Part shown: in pieces, positions 8,937 through 16,824 of the stretch
How the letters are laid out: each line of letters opens with the position of its first letter
Numbering within the stretch: the first letter of the stretch is position 1
From: an uncultured Solirubrobacterales bacterium
GTDB lineage: Bacteria; Actinomycetota; Thermoleophilia; Solirubrobacterales; 70-9
Assembly: GCA_963718755.1 (NCBI GenBank)
Contig: OY970376.1
Location: 527,673 to 591,672 of the forward strand
Length of the DNA: 64,000 nucleotides
Direction of reading: 5' to 3'
The notes under the pieces: generated by a model
Told to the model about the DNA's origin: nothing
Seen by the model: the letters and a program-made list of their open reading frames with translations, nothing else
Databases searched by the model: none
Position numbers and translations under genes: made by a program

Positions 8937-10265
8937 TCACGCAACCAACCTCACTTCGAAGCTGGGGACGACGAGTGCTCCGGCCCCGTCGAGAAGAGCA
9001 AAGATGCGGCTGACGTAGGCCTGGGTCTCGGGGTAATCAGGGATGCAGTCGCAGGCTTCTACGGGGGCGGGGCCGGCGTTGTAGGCGGCCAGGGCGAGGG
9101 ATGGGTCGCCGAACTGGCGCAGCAGGTCGGACATCAGGTGTGCCTGGGCGTCGATCGCTTCAACTGGGTCGTAGGGGTCGCGGAGGCCATAGGCCGCGGC
9201 TGTCGTCGGCATAAATTGGGCAATGCCCTGCGCCCCCGCCGGGGAGCCTGCGTTGGGATCGAAGTTCGACTCCGCCATCAGCTGGCCGGCAAGCAGAGCC
9301 GCTGAGACGTTCCAGCGGGTCGCCGCGCGCAAGATTGTCGCCCGGAACCGAGCCGGGACGAAGGATGGGAGGCCGCCGGCACCCGCGAGCGAGCCGTCTC
9401 CCCCGCTGCCGACACTCACGATCCCGTTTCCGGCGGTCGAGCACGGCGCTGGACCGGCTGTGAAGCCGTAATGCCAGGCCTCCCACGAGTAGCGCTGGAC
9501 GAAGCCGAAGCGCGATGCGTTCTCAGCCAGCCAGCCGTACGCCGTTTCCGGCCCGAGGTCGAGCTCGGTCGCGCAGCGGTGCAGGGACTTGCCCGGCGGC
9601 GCGACCCAGGTCGGGTCCGGGTGAGCGGCAAAGAGCGCCGCCTGTTCGGCGTCGGAGCGGAAGCCCGAGTTGACGACCAGGCTCAGCCCGGCGTGCGATG
9701 CGGCCGCGGCCATCTGGTCGAAGGCAGCGGCCACGTCGGGGCGCATCCCCTCCCCCGACCTGTAGGCCAGCGGGCCGCTGTAGCCGCCGCCACTCGCCAT
9801 TGATGGCGTCGAGGTGCCGCCAGCGGCGGGCGCAGCCGCTTCGGCCACTGCAGATGCCTCGACCCGGTGCTTATCGACGCTGCCAACGACCAGAGCCTTG
9901 ACCCGCACCGGGGCGAACGAAATTGCGTCCGGAAAGGAGATCCACAGGCGGGCCGCAGCCACTTCGTTCGCCTCTGCCACCTCTTCTGCCGCCCCTCGCG
10001 CCCGCAGCAGATACACGGCCTTCTCCATATGAACCGGGTTTGGCAGCCCGTTCGGCAGGGTCGGCGGGGCCAACAGCCGCGGCAGGTCGTCGCGCATCGA
10101 GCGCGCCGCCGATATCGCCGCCAGGTCCGCCGCTCGCTGCGCCCGCCCCTTGCCGGTGACCGCCCCCGCGATCGCCACGAGAGCAAGTGCAGCGAGGATC
10201 AACGCGAAGGCGCCGCCGAGCGCCAAGATCAACGCCTGCCCATCCTCCCTGCGATTCGCGTCCAT
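8937..10265 (-). CDS. Tri-domain envelope protein: TadG-like N-terminal anchor + VanY/M15 D,D-carboxypeptidase + SLT lytic transglycosylase
   Basis: N-terminus GQALILALGGAFALILAALALVAI...RAQRAADLAAISAA (Tad_N-like). Middle SGFRSDAEQ...PGKSLHRCATELD...EAWHYG (VanY H-x-D and xWH motifs). C-terminus AESNFDPNA...GIAQFMP...AAYNAG (SLT). Confidence 0.75.
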   Translation of the reverse strand: MDANRREDGQALILALGGAFALILAALALVAIAGAVTGKGRAQRAADLAAISAARSMRDDLPRLLAPPTLPNGLPNPVHMEKAVYLLRARGAAEEVAEANEVAAARLWISFPDAISFAPVRVKALVVGSVDKHRVEASAVAEAAAPAAGGTSTPSMASGGGYSGPLAYRSGEGMRPDVAAAFDQMAAAASHAGLSLVVNSGFRSDAEQAALFAAHPDPTWVAPPGKSLHRCATELDLGPETAYGWLAENASRFGFVQRYSWEAWHYGFTAGPAPCSTAGNGIVSVGSGGDGSLAGAGGLPSFVPARFRATILRAATRWNVSAALLAGQLMAESNFDPNAGSPAGAQGIAQFMPTTAAAYGLRDPYDPVEAIDAQAHLMSDLLRQFGDPSLALAAYNAGPAPVEACDCIPDYPETQAYVSRIFALLDGAGALVVPSFEVRLVA

Positions 10266-10335
10266 GCGGCGACCCTGCCGAGACAGGACGCGCGGGTGGT
10301 GCGCTCAGTCGAAAATCTGTGTGACGGTTTCCAGG
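10266..10335 (-). promoter_or_regulatory. Conserved leader/promoter block, copy A (upstream of the tri-domain hydrolase gene)
   Basis: About 70 percent ungapped identity over ~67 nt with 12241-12310. Both copies abut the start codon of a Tad-like gene and begin GCGGCGACCCT on the plus strand. Confidence 0.6.
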
Positions 10336-10339
10336 CGCG

Positions 10340-10780
10340 TTACGCGCTGAGATCGACGATCTCGATCAGATGCTCGAGACCAAGGAGATCCTTGGAGTTC
10401 AGCGTGTACAAGGGCAGATCGTGAGCAAGAGCGGTAGCGGCAATCAGGAGATCGACGACGCGAGAGCCTCGCGGCTTGCGACCGATTCGTTCGACTGCCG
10501 CGGAAACGCGGCCATACGCTTGAGCACAAATGAAGTCGAAGGGAAGCGCTTCGATGCCGGCTTCGACCCGCCGCAGATGTCGGCGGCGACGAGCCTTCTC
10601 GAACTCCTTGCGAGCTACATGCAGCCCGCCGGCCAGCTCGGCCATCGTCAATGCGGAGATCGCCAACTCCAGGGGTAGTTGAGGAAGTTCAGTCTCCTTC
10701 AAGCGCACCGCGACAGACGTGTCGATCAGTGCGCGCCGCCCATGCGTACCAGTCTTTCGGGCTGGGATCGGCGACGGCAT
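10340..10780 (-). CDS. vapC: PIN-domain toxin VapC (second copy)
   Basis: ALIDTSVAV...LTMAEL...VVDLLIAATALAHDLPLYTLN PIN motifs. The start is uncertain: the first in-frame ATG near the domain is 10780, and the track ORF extends to 10885. Confidence 0.7.
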   Translation of the reverse strand: MPSPIPARKTGTHGRRALIDTSVAVRLKETELPQLPLELAISALTMAELAGGLHVARKEFEKARRRRHLRRVEAGIEALPFDFICAQAYGRVSAAVERIGRKPRGSRVVDLLIAATALAHDLPLYTLNSKDLLGLEHLIEIVDLSA

Positions 10781-10901
10781 CGAGGTCGCGGCGAAGTTCC
10801 TCGTAGTCGATGACGGGTGCGTCGGCAAGAGCCTCTGCAAGCTCTTTCGCCGGTACGAACTGGCGCTTCTGACGCCCTCGCTCATTTGTCATCTTTCGCA
10901 T
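10689..10901 (-). CDS. Putative antitoxin partner of the second VapC
   Basis: Small acidic ORF (MRKMTNERGRQKRQFVPAKELAEAL...) directly upstream of the PIN gene and overlapping it. Starts at 10901 or 10892, overlapping the stop (10882-10884) of the upstream 228-aa gene. Confidence 0.5.
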   Translation of the reverse strand: MRKMTNERGRQKRQFVPAKELAEALADAPVIDYEELRRDLDAVADPSPKDWYAWAARTDRHVCRGALEGD

Positions 10902-11568
10902 CTTGTTGTCTACGGTAGCACGCAGCTCGAGTCTCACGCGGCCCATGCATGGAAAGGAGGCGGTCGACCACTCGGGGCGGAAGAAATGCACCGCCGTGCA
11001 GAGACACACCGAGCAGGGCCATCCGATCGACGAGCCAGGGCAGCGGGTGTTTCTGTACGACGACGCTCAGGGGCTGGGCGATAAGGTCGCGAACGGCAAG
11101 TGCGGTCAGGGCGCGGGTATCCGCCAGGTCGGCCCGAAGTAGCACGCCTGTGGCCGGGATGCGCGGCTCTTCGAGCGTTGGTCGCGCGAGCGACGGTGGC
11201 AGGTGGATTACGGCCACCGACTCGCGTACGACGGGTATCGCCGCCGCGATCTGCTCGATCCCCGCCGCCTCCGACGACAGGACCAAGTGGCAGATCTGGC
11301 CGCGGGAGGCGATCCGGGCATCGGGGAGGTGGGCACTGAGGCGCTCCTCGAGCGCCCGGGCCCCCGCGGTCGCGATCAGCGAGGGGCGCGGCGGGCGGCC
11401 CTCGCTGAGATCGACCAGCAGGGCGGCGCGATCCGGCTCTGAGGCGGCGCAGGCGAGGGCCGCGGCAGCGGCCCTCGCGCCGCTCGCGGCGCCCACCGCC
11501 GTGACCAGGACGACCGGGCCGCGCCTGGTAGGAGCCGCCCAGCCGCTCATCGGTGAGGACTCGTTCAC
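10882..11568 (-). CDS. Hypothetical protein, possible degenerate ParA/MinD-like (TadZ/CpaE-like) fold lacking Walker A lysine
   Basis: 228-aa ORF translationally coupled (4-nt overlap) to the upstream TadE-like gene. PVVLVTAVGAASGARAAAAALA occupies the position where ParA-type proteins have the P-loop. The fold call is inference only. Confidence 0.45.
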   Translation of the reverse strand: MNESSPMSGWAAPTRRGPVVLVTAVGAASGARAAAAALACAASEPDRAALLVDLSEGRPPRPSLIATAGARALEERLSAHLPDARIASRGQICHLVLSSEAAGIEQIAAAIPVVRESVAVIHLPPSLARPTLEEPRIPATGVLLRADLADTRALTALAVRDLIAQPLSVVVQKHPLPWLVDRMALLGVSLHGGAFLPPRVVDRLLSMHGPRETRAACYRRQQDAKDDK

Positions 11569-11894
11569 CTAGGCCTTACCGCCGCGGACGAGGTGACGGT
11601 GAGGCGGTCGGCGATCGGCGGCAGCGGTGACGGCGGGCGCAGGCGCACGGTGACCTGCCCGCCCCGGATCGATACCTCGACCTCGTCCTCGGCCCAGTCC
11701 GGCACCGCGTCGCGAGCAGCGACCGCCGCCGGCCGCCCCGTGGCAAGCGCCAGCGCCCCGGCCTCGGCAGCGCCGTCGGCGAGGGTCAGCGAGTAGCCGG
11801 TCACAAGCAGTTGCAGAGCCAGCAGGCCGGCGAGCAAGAGCGCCGGCAGGGCGGCGACCAGCTCGACCGTGCTCTGCCCCTCCTCCCTACCCAT
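11565..11894 (-). CDS. TadE/TadF-like pseudopilin
   Basis: N-terminus EEG-QSTVE-LVAALPALLLAGLLALQLLV, i.e. a G/xxxxE prepilin-peptidase motif plus a hydrophobic helix. 109 aa. Confidence 0.7.
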   Translation of the reverse strand: MGREEGQSTVELVAALPALLLAGLLALQLLVTGYSLTLADGAAEAGALALATGRPAAVAARDAVPDWAEDEVEVSIRGGQVTVRLRPPSPLPPIADRLTVTSSAAVRPR

Positions 11895-12240
11895 CGCCCG
11901 GCTCCAGCGCGGCGCCAGCGCCGACCGTCAGCCGTGGCAGCGCTGGAAGCAGTCTCGGTATGACGACTCGAACCGAGACACCATCGCCGTCGCTCACCTG
12001 CGCCCCATCCCGCATCGACAGCGGCAGCGCCCGCCGTGCCGCGACCGCGGCGTCACCCCCGACCAGGGCCGCCCGTGCTCCCGCCCGGGCCGCGACCGCG
12101 GCCGACCACAATGCGTGCCCGGCAAGAACGATCTGCGCCGCCACCAGGACCGCCAGCAGCAGGAACGGGATCACGGCAACCACCTCGACCGACGCGGTCC
12201 CGTCCTCCCTGCGAACGCTGCTGGCGGCCTGGCGCGACAC
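11887..12240 (-). CDS. TadE/TadF-like pseudopilin
   Basis: N-terminus EDG-TASVE-VVAVIPFLLLAVLVAAQIVL, i.e. a G/xxxxE motif plus a hydrophobic helix. 117 aa, GTG start at 12240. Confidence 0.7.
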   Translation of the reverse strand: MSRQAASSVRREDGTASVEVVAVIPFLLLAVLVAAQIVLAGHALWSAAVAARAGARAALVGGDAAVAARRALPLSMRDGAQVSDGDGVSVRVVIPRLLPALPRLTVGAGAALEPGDG

Positions 12241-12310
12241 GCGGCGACCCTCCCAGGCAGAAACGCGCGAGTGGCGCGCTCAAACGAAAAGTTCCGTGAC
12301 GGCTCCGCGC
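12241..12310 (-). promoter_or_regulatory. Conserved leader/promoter block, copy B (upstream of the first TadE-like gene)
   Basis: Paralogous to 10266-10335 (see that feature). Confidence 0.6.
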
Positions 12311-12328
12311 CGTCTTAGCGGCGAGTCC

Positions 12329-12703
12329 TCAGTACGTGTTCGCCTCGGTCCAGACCCGCCAGATCGCCGCCACCGAGGCGCCGAGCAGGAGGATCCAGGC
12401 GAGCGTGCCGCCGCCGCTCGCGAACATCTCGTCGCTGCCGGCGATCAGCAGCGCGATCAAACCCAGGGCGGCGTAGAGAATCGCGCGGCGGCCATCGGTC
12501 AAGGCGGCGAGGGTCAGCTGCTGCTGACGGCTCAGCACGTACAGAGACCAGGCGATCGCGGCAAGGAAGCCCATCGTGATCGCGGTCAGGATCGTGTCCG
12601 CGGCGTTGCCGCCGGCGGGGACGAATGCCACCACCACGGCAAGCAGCATCACGATCGCGACGTTGCGCAGGGTCCGCACGGGGAAAATTGTACGGCTACT
12701 CAC
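12329..12703 (-). CDS. Small integral membrane protein (4 predicted helices), unknown function
   Basis: 124-aa hydrophobic ORF overlapping the stop of the preceding small membrane ORF. Last gene of the pit operon. Confidence 0.5.
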   Translation of the reverse strand: MSSRTIFPVRTLRNVAIVMLLAVVVAFVPAGGNAADTILTAITMGFLAAIAWSLYVLSRQQQLTLAALTDGRRAILYAALGLIALLIAGSDEMFASGGGTLAWILLLGASVAAIWRVWTEANTY

Positions 12704-12939
12704 TTGCTCATCATCACGACGATGCCGATCACGACCGCCGCCAGGGTCGAGGCCAGCGCCAGACCACCGAGCGCCGCAGCGGCCCCGGCCGCCAAGGGCC
12801 GGCCGCCGCGGCTGAGGTCGGCGAAGCGCGCGCCGCCCCAGATCGCCACCGAGAAGACGAGGGTGACGCCGACACCGGCGACCAGCGAGGCGATCACGGT
12901 CTTCACCAGGTCCCCGGTCTGGACCAGCGTCGCCACCAT
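12700..12939 (-). CDS. Small membrane protein (2 predicted helices), unknown function
   Basis: ATG at 12939, 3 nt after the pit stop codon: MVATLVQTGDLVKTVIASLVAGVGVTLVF... The upstream part of the 229-aa track ORF lies antisense-frame within pit and is rejected. Confidence 0.45.
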   Translation of the reverse strand: MVATLVQTGDLVKTVIASLVAGVGVTLVFSVAIWGGARFADLSRGGRPLAAGAAAALGGLALASTLAAVVIGIVVMMSK

Positions 12940-12941
12940 CT

Positions 12942-14039
12942 CTAACCCGCCGGGACCGGCGATCCTTGCTGGGCGCGCCGGATGAAGATCGCGACGATCA
13001 GGGCGAGCGCAATCAGGGTGACGAGGACAGGGCCCAGCGCGCCGCTGCCGAAGATATGCGTGAAGCCGTACACGGCCGCTCCGATCCCGGCCGCCGCCGG
13101 CAGGGTCAGCAGCCAGGCCATGAAGATGTTGCCCGCCACCCCCCAGCGCACGGCAGAGACCCGCTTGCCGGCGCCGGCCCCCATCACGCCACCGTTGATC
13201 ACATGCGTGGTCGAGAGCGGAAAGCCAAAGTGGGTCGAGGCAAGGATCACCGCGGCGCCGGAGGACTGCGCCGAGAACCCCTGCGCGGCATCCATCTTGA
13301 TGATGCGGCTGCCGGTCGTGCGGATGATCCGCCAGCCGCCGAAGTAGGTGCCCAGCGCGATCGCCGTGGCCGCCGAGGCGATCACCCAAAACGGCGGGTC
13401 GGCGTTGGCGGCGAGGGTACCGTTGGCGATCAGCGCCAGGGTGATGATGCCCATCGTCTTCTGCGCGTCATTGGTGCCGTGGGCAAGCGCCAGCAGACTG
13501 CCGGAGACGATCTGGCCGTAGCGGAAGCCGCGTGTGACCGGGCCCGGGCGCTGCCGGCCGACCACTCGGTAGGCAATCCCAATGCCGAGCCCGGCGACCA
13601 GGAAGGCGACGATTGGGGCAACGACCGCCGGGATCAGCACTTTCCCGACCAGGCCGTCGGCCAGCACCGCGTCGAAGCCGACCGCCGCAACGGCCGAGCC
13701 CACCACGCCGCCGATCAGCGCGTGCGAGGAACTCGACGGCAGCCCGAACCACCAGGTGATCAGGTTCCAGGCGATCGCGCCGATCAGGCCGGCGAAGACG
13801 ATCGTGGGCGTGATCACGGCGGCGTCGACGACGTCGTTGGCGACGGTCGCGGCAACAGATATCGAGATGAAGGCGCCGACGAAGTTGAGCAGCGAGGCCA
13901 TGCCGATCGCCACCCGCGGCCGCGCCGCACCGGTCGAGATCGAGGTGGCGACGACGTTCGCCGTGTCGTGGAAGCCGTTGGTGAAGTCAAACGCCAGCGC
14001 CGTGCCGACGACGATGACCAGGATCAGGTCAGAGTCCAC
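12942..14039 (-). CDS. pit: Inorganic phosphate transporter, PiT family
   Basis: FDFTNGFHDTANVVATSI and GTNDAQKTMGII PiT signature repeats. About 10 TM segments. Confidence 0.9.
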   Translation of the reverse strand: MDSDLILVIVVGTALAFDFTNGFHDTANVVATSISTGAARPRVAIGMASLLNFVGAFISISVAATVANDVVDAAVITPTIVFAGLIGAIAWNLITWWFGLPSSSSHALIGGVVGSAVAAVGFDAVLADGLVGKVLIPAVVAPIVAFLVAGLGIGIAYRVVGRQRPGPVTRGFRYGQIVSGSLLALAHGTNDAQKTMGIITLALIANGTLAANADPPFWVIASAATAIALGTYFGGWRIIRTTGSRIIKMDAAQGFSAQSSGAAVILASTHFGFPLSTTHVINGGVMGAGAGKRVSAVRWGVAGNIFMAWLLTLPAAAGIGAAVYGFTHIFGSGALGPVLVTLIALALIVAIFIRRAQQGSPVPAG

Positions 14040-14045
14040 AGGCGA

Positions 14046-14666
14046 TCACGAATTCTTGATGACGATTCCCTCGAGTATCTGCGCCGCGGTCTCGGTTGCG
14101 TCGATCGCGTTCTCGAGCACCGCGAACATGTCCTTCCAGCGGATCACCACCATCGGGTCGATCCCGTTGGAGAAGAGCGAGGCGACCGCGTCGCGCGAGA
14201 TTCGATCGCCCTCGTTCTCGAGCCGGTGGATCTCGATCCAGTAGCGGTCGAGGCCCTTCAGCTCGCGCAGGTGCTCGAGCCCCTCGGCGAGCTGCTCGCA
14301 GGCGCCCACCAGGACTTTGGTCAGCGCCTGCGCCTGCGCCATCGGGGCTTCGATCTGGTAGAGGCCGAGCAGGTCGGCGGCTTCCTCGGTGTAGTCGACG
14401 ATGTCGTCCATCTGCGTCGCCAGGCCGTAGATGTCCTCGCGGTCGATCGGGGTGACGAAGGTCGTGTTGAGCTTCTTGATGATGTCGTGGGTGATCCGGT
14501 CACCCTCCTGCTCGGCCTTGAGGATCTCCCTCGGCAGGTCGCCACCGTCGGGCCAGGTTCCCATCATCTCGTCGAGCAGACGGGCCGCGTGAACGGTGTT
14601 CTGGCCGGCCTCGATGAAGAGGTCGAAAAAGGCGCTGTCCCGCGGCAACAGGGAGAGGCGAATCAC
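14046..14666 (-). CDS. DUF47 / PhoU-like Pit accessory protein
   Basis: 206 aa, helical, MIRLSLLPRDSAFFDLFIEAGQN N-terminus typical of the TIGR00153/DUF47 proteins encoded upstream of pit genes. Confidence 0.85.
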   Translation of the reverse strand: MIRLSLLPRDSAFFDLFIEAGQNTVHAARLLDEMMGTWPDGGDLPREILKAEQEGDRITHDIIKKLNTTFVTPIDREDIYGLATQMDDIVDYTEEAADLLGLYQIEAPMAQAQALTKVLVGACEQLAEGLEHLRELKGLDRYWIEIHRLENEGDRISRDAVASLFSNGIDPMVVIRWKDMFAVLENAIDATETAAQILEGIVIKNS

Positions 14667-14701
14667 GTTCTCATCCTATTGATTGCCGGGTCCGACAACG
14701 C

Positions 14702-16804
14702 TCAGCCGGCGGCCGCCGCGAGGTGCTCGGCAGCGCGGGCGCGGTGGCGCTCACGGAGCTCCTCCTGCACGCCGCGCCGCTCCCCCTCCGGCACGCTGAG
14801 CCTCGTCCAGACGCCGTCCGTACCGAGCTCCCAGGCGTTCGCGTTGTCGGCGAAGCTGCGCTCGAGCACGTCGAGCAGCTCCGCTTTCAGGGTCTCGTCC
14901 TCGATCGGGGCGACCAGCTCGACCCGGCTGTCGAGGTTGCGCGGCATCAGGTCGGCCGAGCCGGTCAGCAAACGGGTCTCCTCGCCGCGCTGGAAGGCAT
15001 AGATGCGAGAGTGCTCGAGGAAGCGGCCGACGATCGAGACGACGCGGATGTTCTCCGAGACCCCCGGCACTCCCGGCCGCAGGCAGCAGACACCGCGCAC
15101 GTTGAGGTCCACCGGAATCCCCGCCTGTGACGCCTCGTACAGGGCCTTGATGCAGCCGGCATCGACCAGGGCGTTCATCTTCAGCGCGATCCGCGCCTCT
15201 TCGCCGGCGCGGTGCGCCGCGACCGTCGCCTCGATCTCCTCGACGAGGCGGTCGCGCATCGTCGTCGGCGAGACCAGCACCTTGCGGTACTCGGCGGGGC
15301 GCCCGTAGCCGGTGAGGAAGTTGAACATCTCGGCGACGTCGGCGCCGATCTCGGGATCCGCCGTGAACAACCCCAGGTCGGTGTAGAGGCGGGCGGTAGT
15401 CGGGTTGTAGTTGCCGGTGCCGATGTGGACGTACTCGCGCACTCGGTCGCCCTCGCGGCGGGCGACGAGGATCGCCTTGACGTGCGTCTTCAGGCCCGGA
15501 ATGCCGTAGACGACGTGGACGCCGGCCTCCTCCATCGACTTCGCCCAGTGGATGTTCGCCTCCTCGTCGAAGCGGGCTTTCAGCTCGACCATGCAGACCG
15601 CCTGCTTGCCACGTTCGGAGGCGCGGATCAACGCCGGCACCAGCGGCGAGTCGTCGCTGGTCCGGTACACCGTCTGCTTGATCGCCAGCACGTCGGGGTC
15701 GGCGACGGCCTGCTCGACGAAGCGCTCGACCGAAGTGGCGAAGGAGTCGTAGGGGTGGTGGACGAGGATGTCGCCCTGGCGGATCGCGGCGAACATGTCC
15801 ACCTGCTTGTCGTCCTCCCCCTGCAAGCGGGGCTGGGTGACCGGCGTCCAGGGCTCGTAGCGCAGCTCCGGGTGACCGGGGATGTCGACGACGTTCCCCA
15901 AATCGGCGAGGTCGATCAGGCCATCGATGTCGTATACCTCACGGTCTTCGAGCCGCAGGGCATCGACCAGCTGGCCGCGCAGCTTGGGGTTCATCCCCGC
16001 CGCGACCTCGAGCCGCACGACCTCGCCGAAGCGGCGGCGGCGCAGCTCGTCCTGGACCGCCTGCAGCAGGTCGTCGGCCTCGTCGGAGATCGTGAAATCG
16101 GCGTCGCGGGTGACGCGGAAGTAGCCGTGGTCGACCACCTCGGCACCGGGGAAGAGCGCGTCGAGGTTGGCGGCGATCGCCTCCTCCAGCGGCACGAAGA
16201 TCTCGTTGCGCTCGCCGACCCGCAGGAAGCGGCCGAGCAGCTCCTTGGGCACCTTGACCCGGGCGATGATCTCGGTGCCACTGTCGGGGTCGCGCAGCAG
16301 CACGCCGAGGCTGAGCGAGAGGTTGGAGATATACGGGAAGGGCCGGCCGAGCCCGATCACCAGCGGGGTCAGCGTCGGGAAGACCTGCTCGTGGAAGCGG
16401 CTATCGATTTCACGCCGCTCCTGCTCGTTCGCCGTCTCCAGCGAGATGATCCGGATTCCCTGCTCGTCGAGGGCCGGGCGCAGGGTGCCGTCGAAGCAGT
16501 TGTGCAGGCGCGTGTCGAGCTCCAGCACCCGCGCTTGGATCGCGTCGATCTGCTGGCTCGAGCCGAGGCCGTCGGGGCCGCGAGCGTCGATGCCGGCGTC
16601 GAGCTGGTCGAAGAGACCGGCGACGCGAACCATGAAGAACTCGTCCAGGTTGGAGGCGTATATCGAGCAGAACCTGACCCGCTCCAGCAACGGCACCTGC
16701 GGATCCTCGGCCAGTTCGAGGACCCGCTGGTTGAAGTCGAGCCAGGAGAGCTCGCGATTGAAGTAGAGGGCCGGATCGTCGATCGGGCAATCGTACTGCC
16801 GCAC
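14702..16804 (-). CDS. ppk: Polyphosphate kinase 1
   Basis: YFNRELSWLDFNQRVLELAED N-terminus and two PLD-like HKD-type domains. 700 aa. Confidence 0.95.
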   Translation of the reverse strand: MRQYDCPIDDPALYFNRELSWLDFNQRVLELAEDPQVPLLERVRFCSIYASNLDEFFMVRVAGLFDQLDAGIDARGPDGLGSSQQIDAIQARVLELDTRLHNCFDGTLRPALDEQGIRIISLETANEQERREIDSRFHEQVFPTLTPLVIGLGRPFPYISNLSLSLGVLLRDPDSGTEIIARVKVPKELLGRFLRVGERNEIFVPLEEAIAANLDALFPGAEVVDHGYFRVTRDADFTISDEADDLLQAVQDELRRRRFGEVVRLEVAAGMNPKLRGQLVDALRLEDREVYDIDGLIDLADLGNVVDIPGHPELRYEPWTPVTQPRLQGEDDKQVDMFAAIRQGDILVHHPYDSFATSVERFVEQAVADPDVLAIKQTVYRTSDDSPLVPALIRASERGKQAVCMVELKARFDEEANIHWAKSMEEAGVHVVYGIPGLKTHVKAILVARREGDRVREYVHIGTGNYNPTTARLYTDLGLFTADPEIGADVAEMFNFLTGYGRPAEYRKVLVSPTTMRDRLVEEIEATVAAHRAGEEARIALKMNALVDAGCIKALYEASQAGIPVDLNVRGVCCLRPGVPGVSENIRVVSIVGRFLEHSRIYAFQRGEETRLLTGSADLMPRNLDSRVELVAPIEDETLKAELLDVLERSFADNANAWELGTDGVWTRLSVPEGERRGVQEELRERHRARAAEHLAAAAG

Positions 16805-16824
16805 CCGAGTCAGCCCCGCATGCC

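Noticed and set aside
12700-13389. 229-aa minus-strand ORF overlapping pit.
   Set aside because: Only the last 79 codons (from ATG 12939, after the pit stop) are hydrophobic and membrane-protein-like. The upstream part is an alternative frame inside pit with low-complexity composition.
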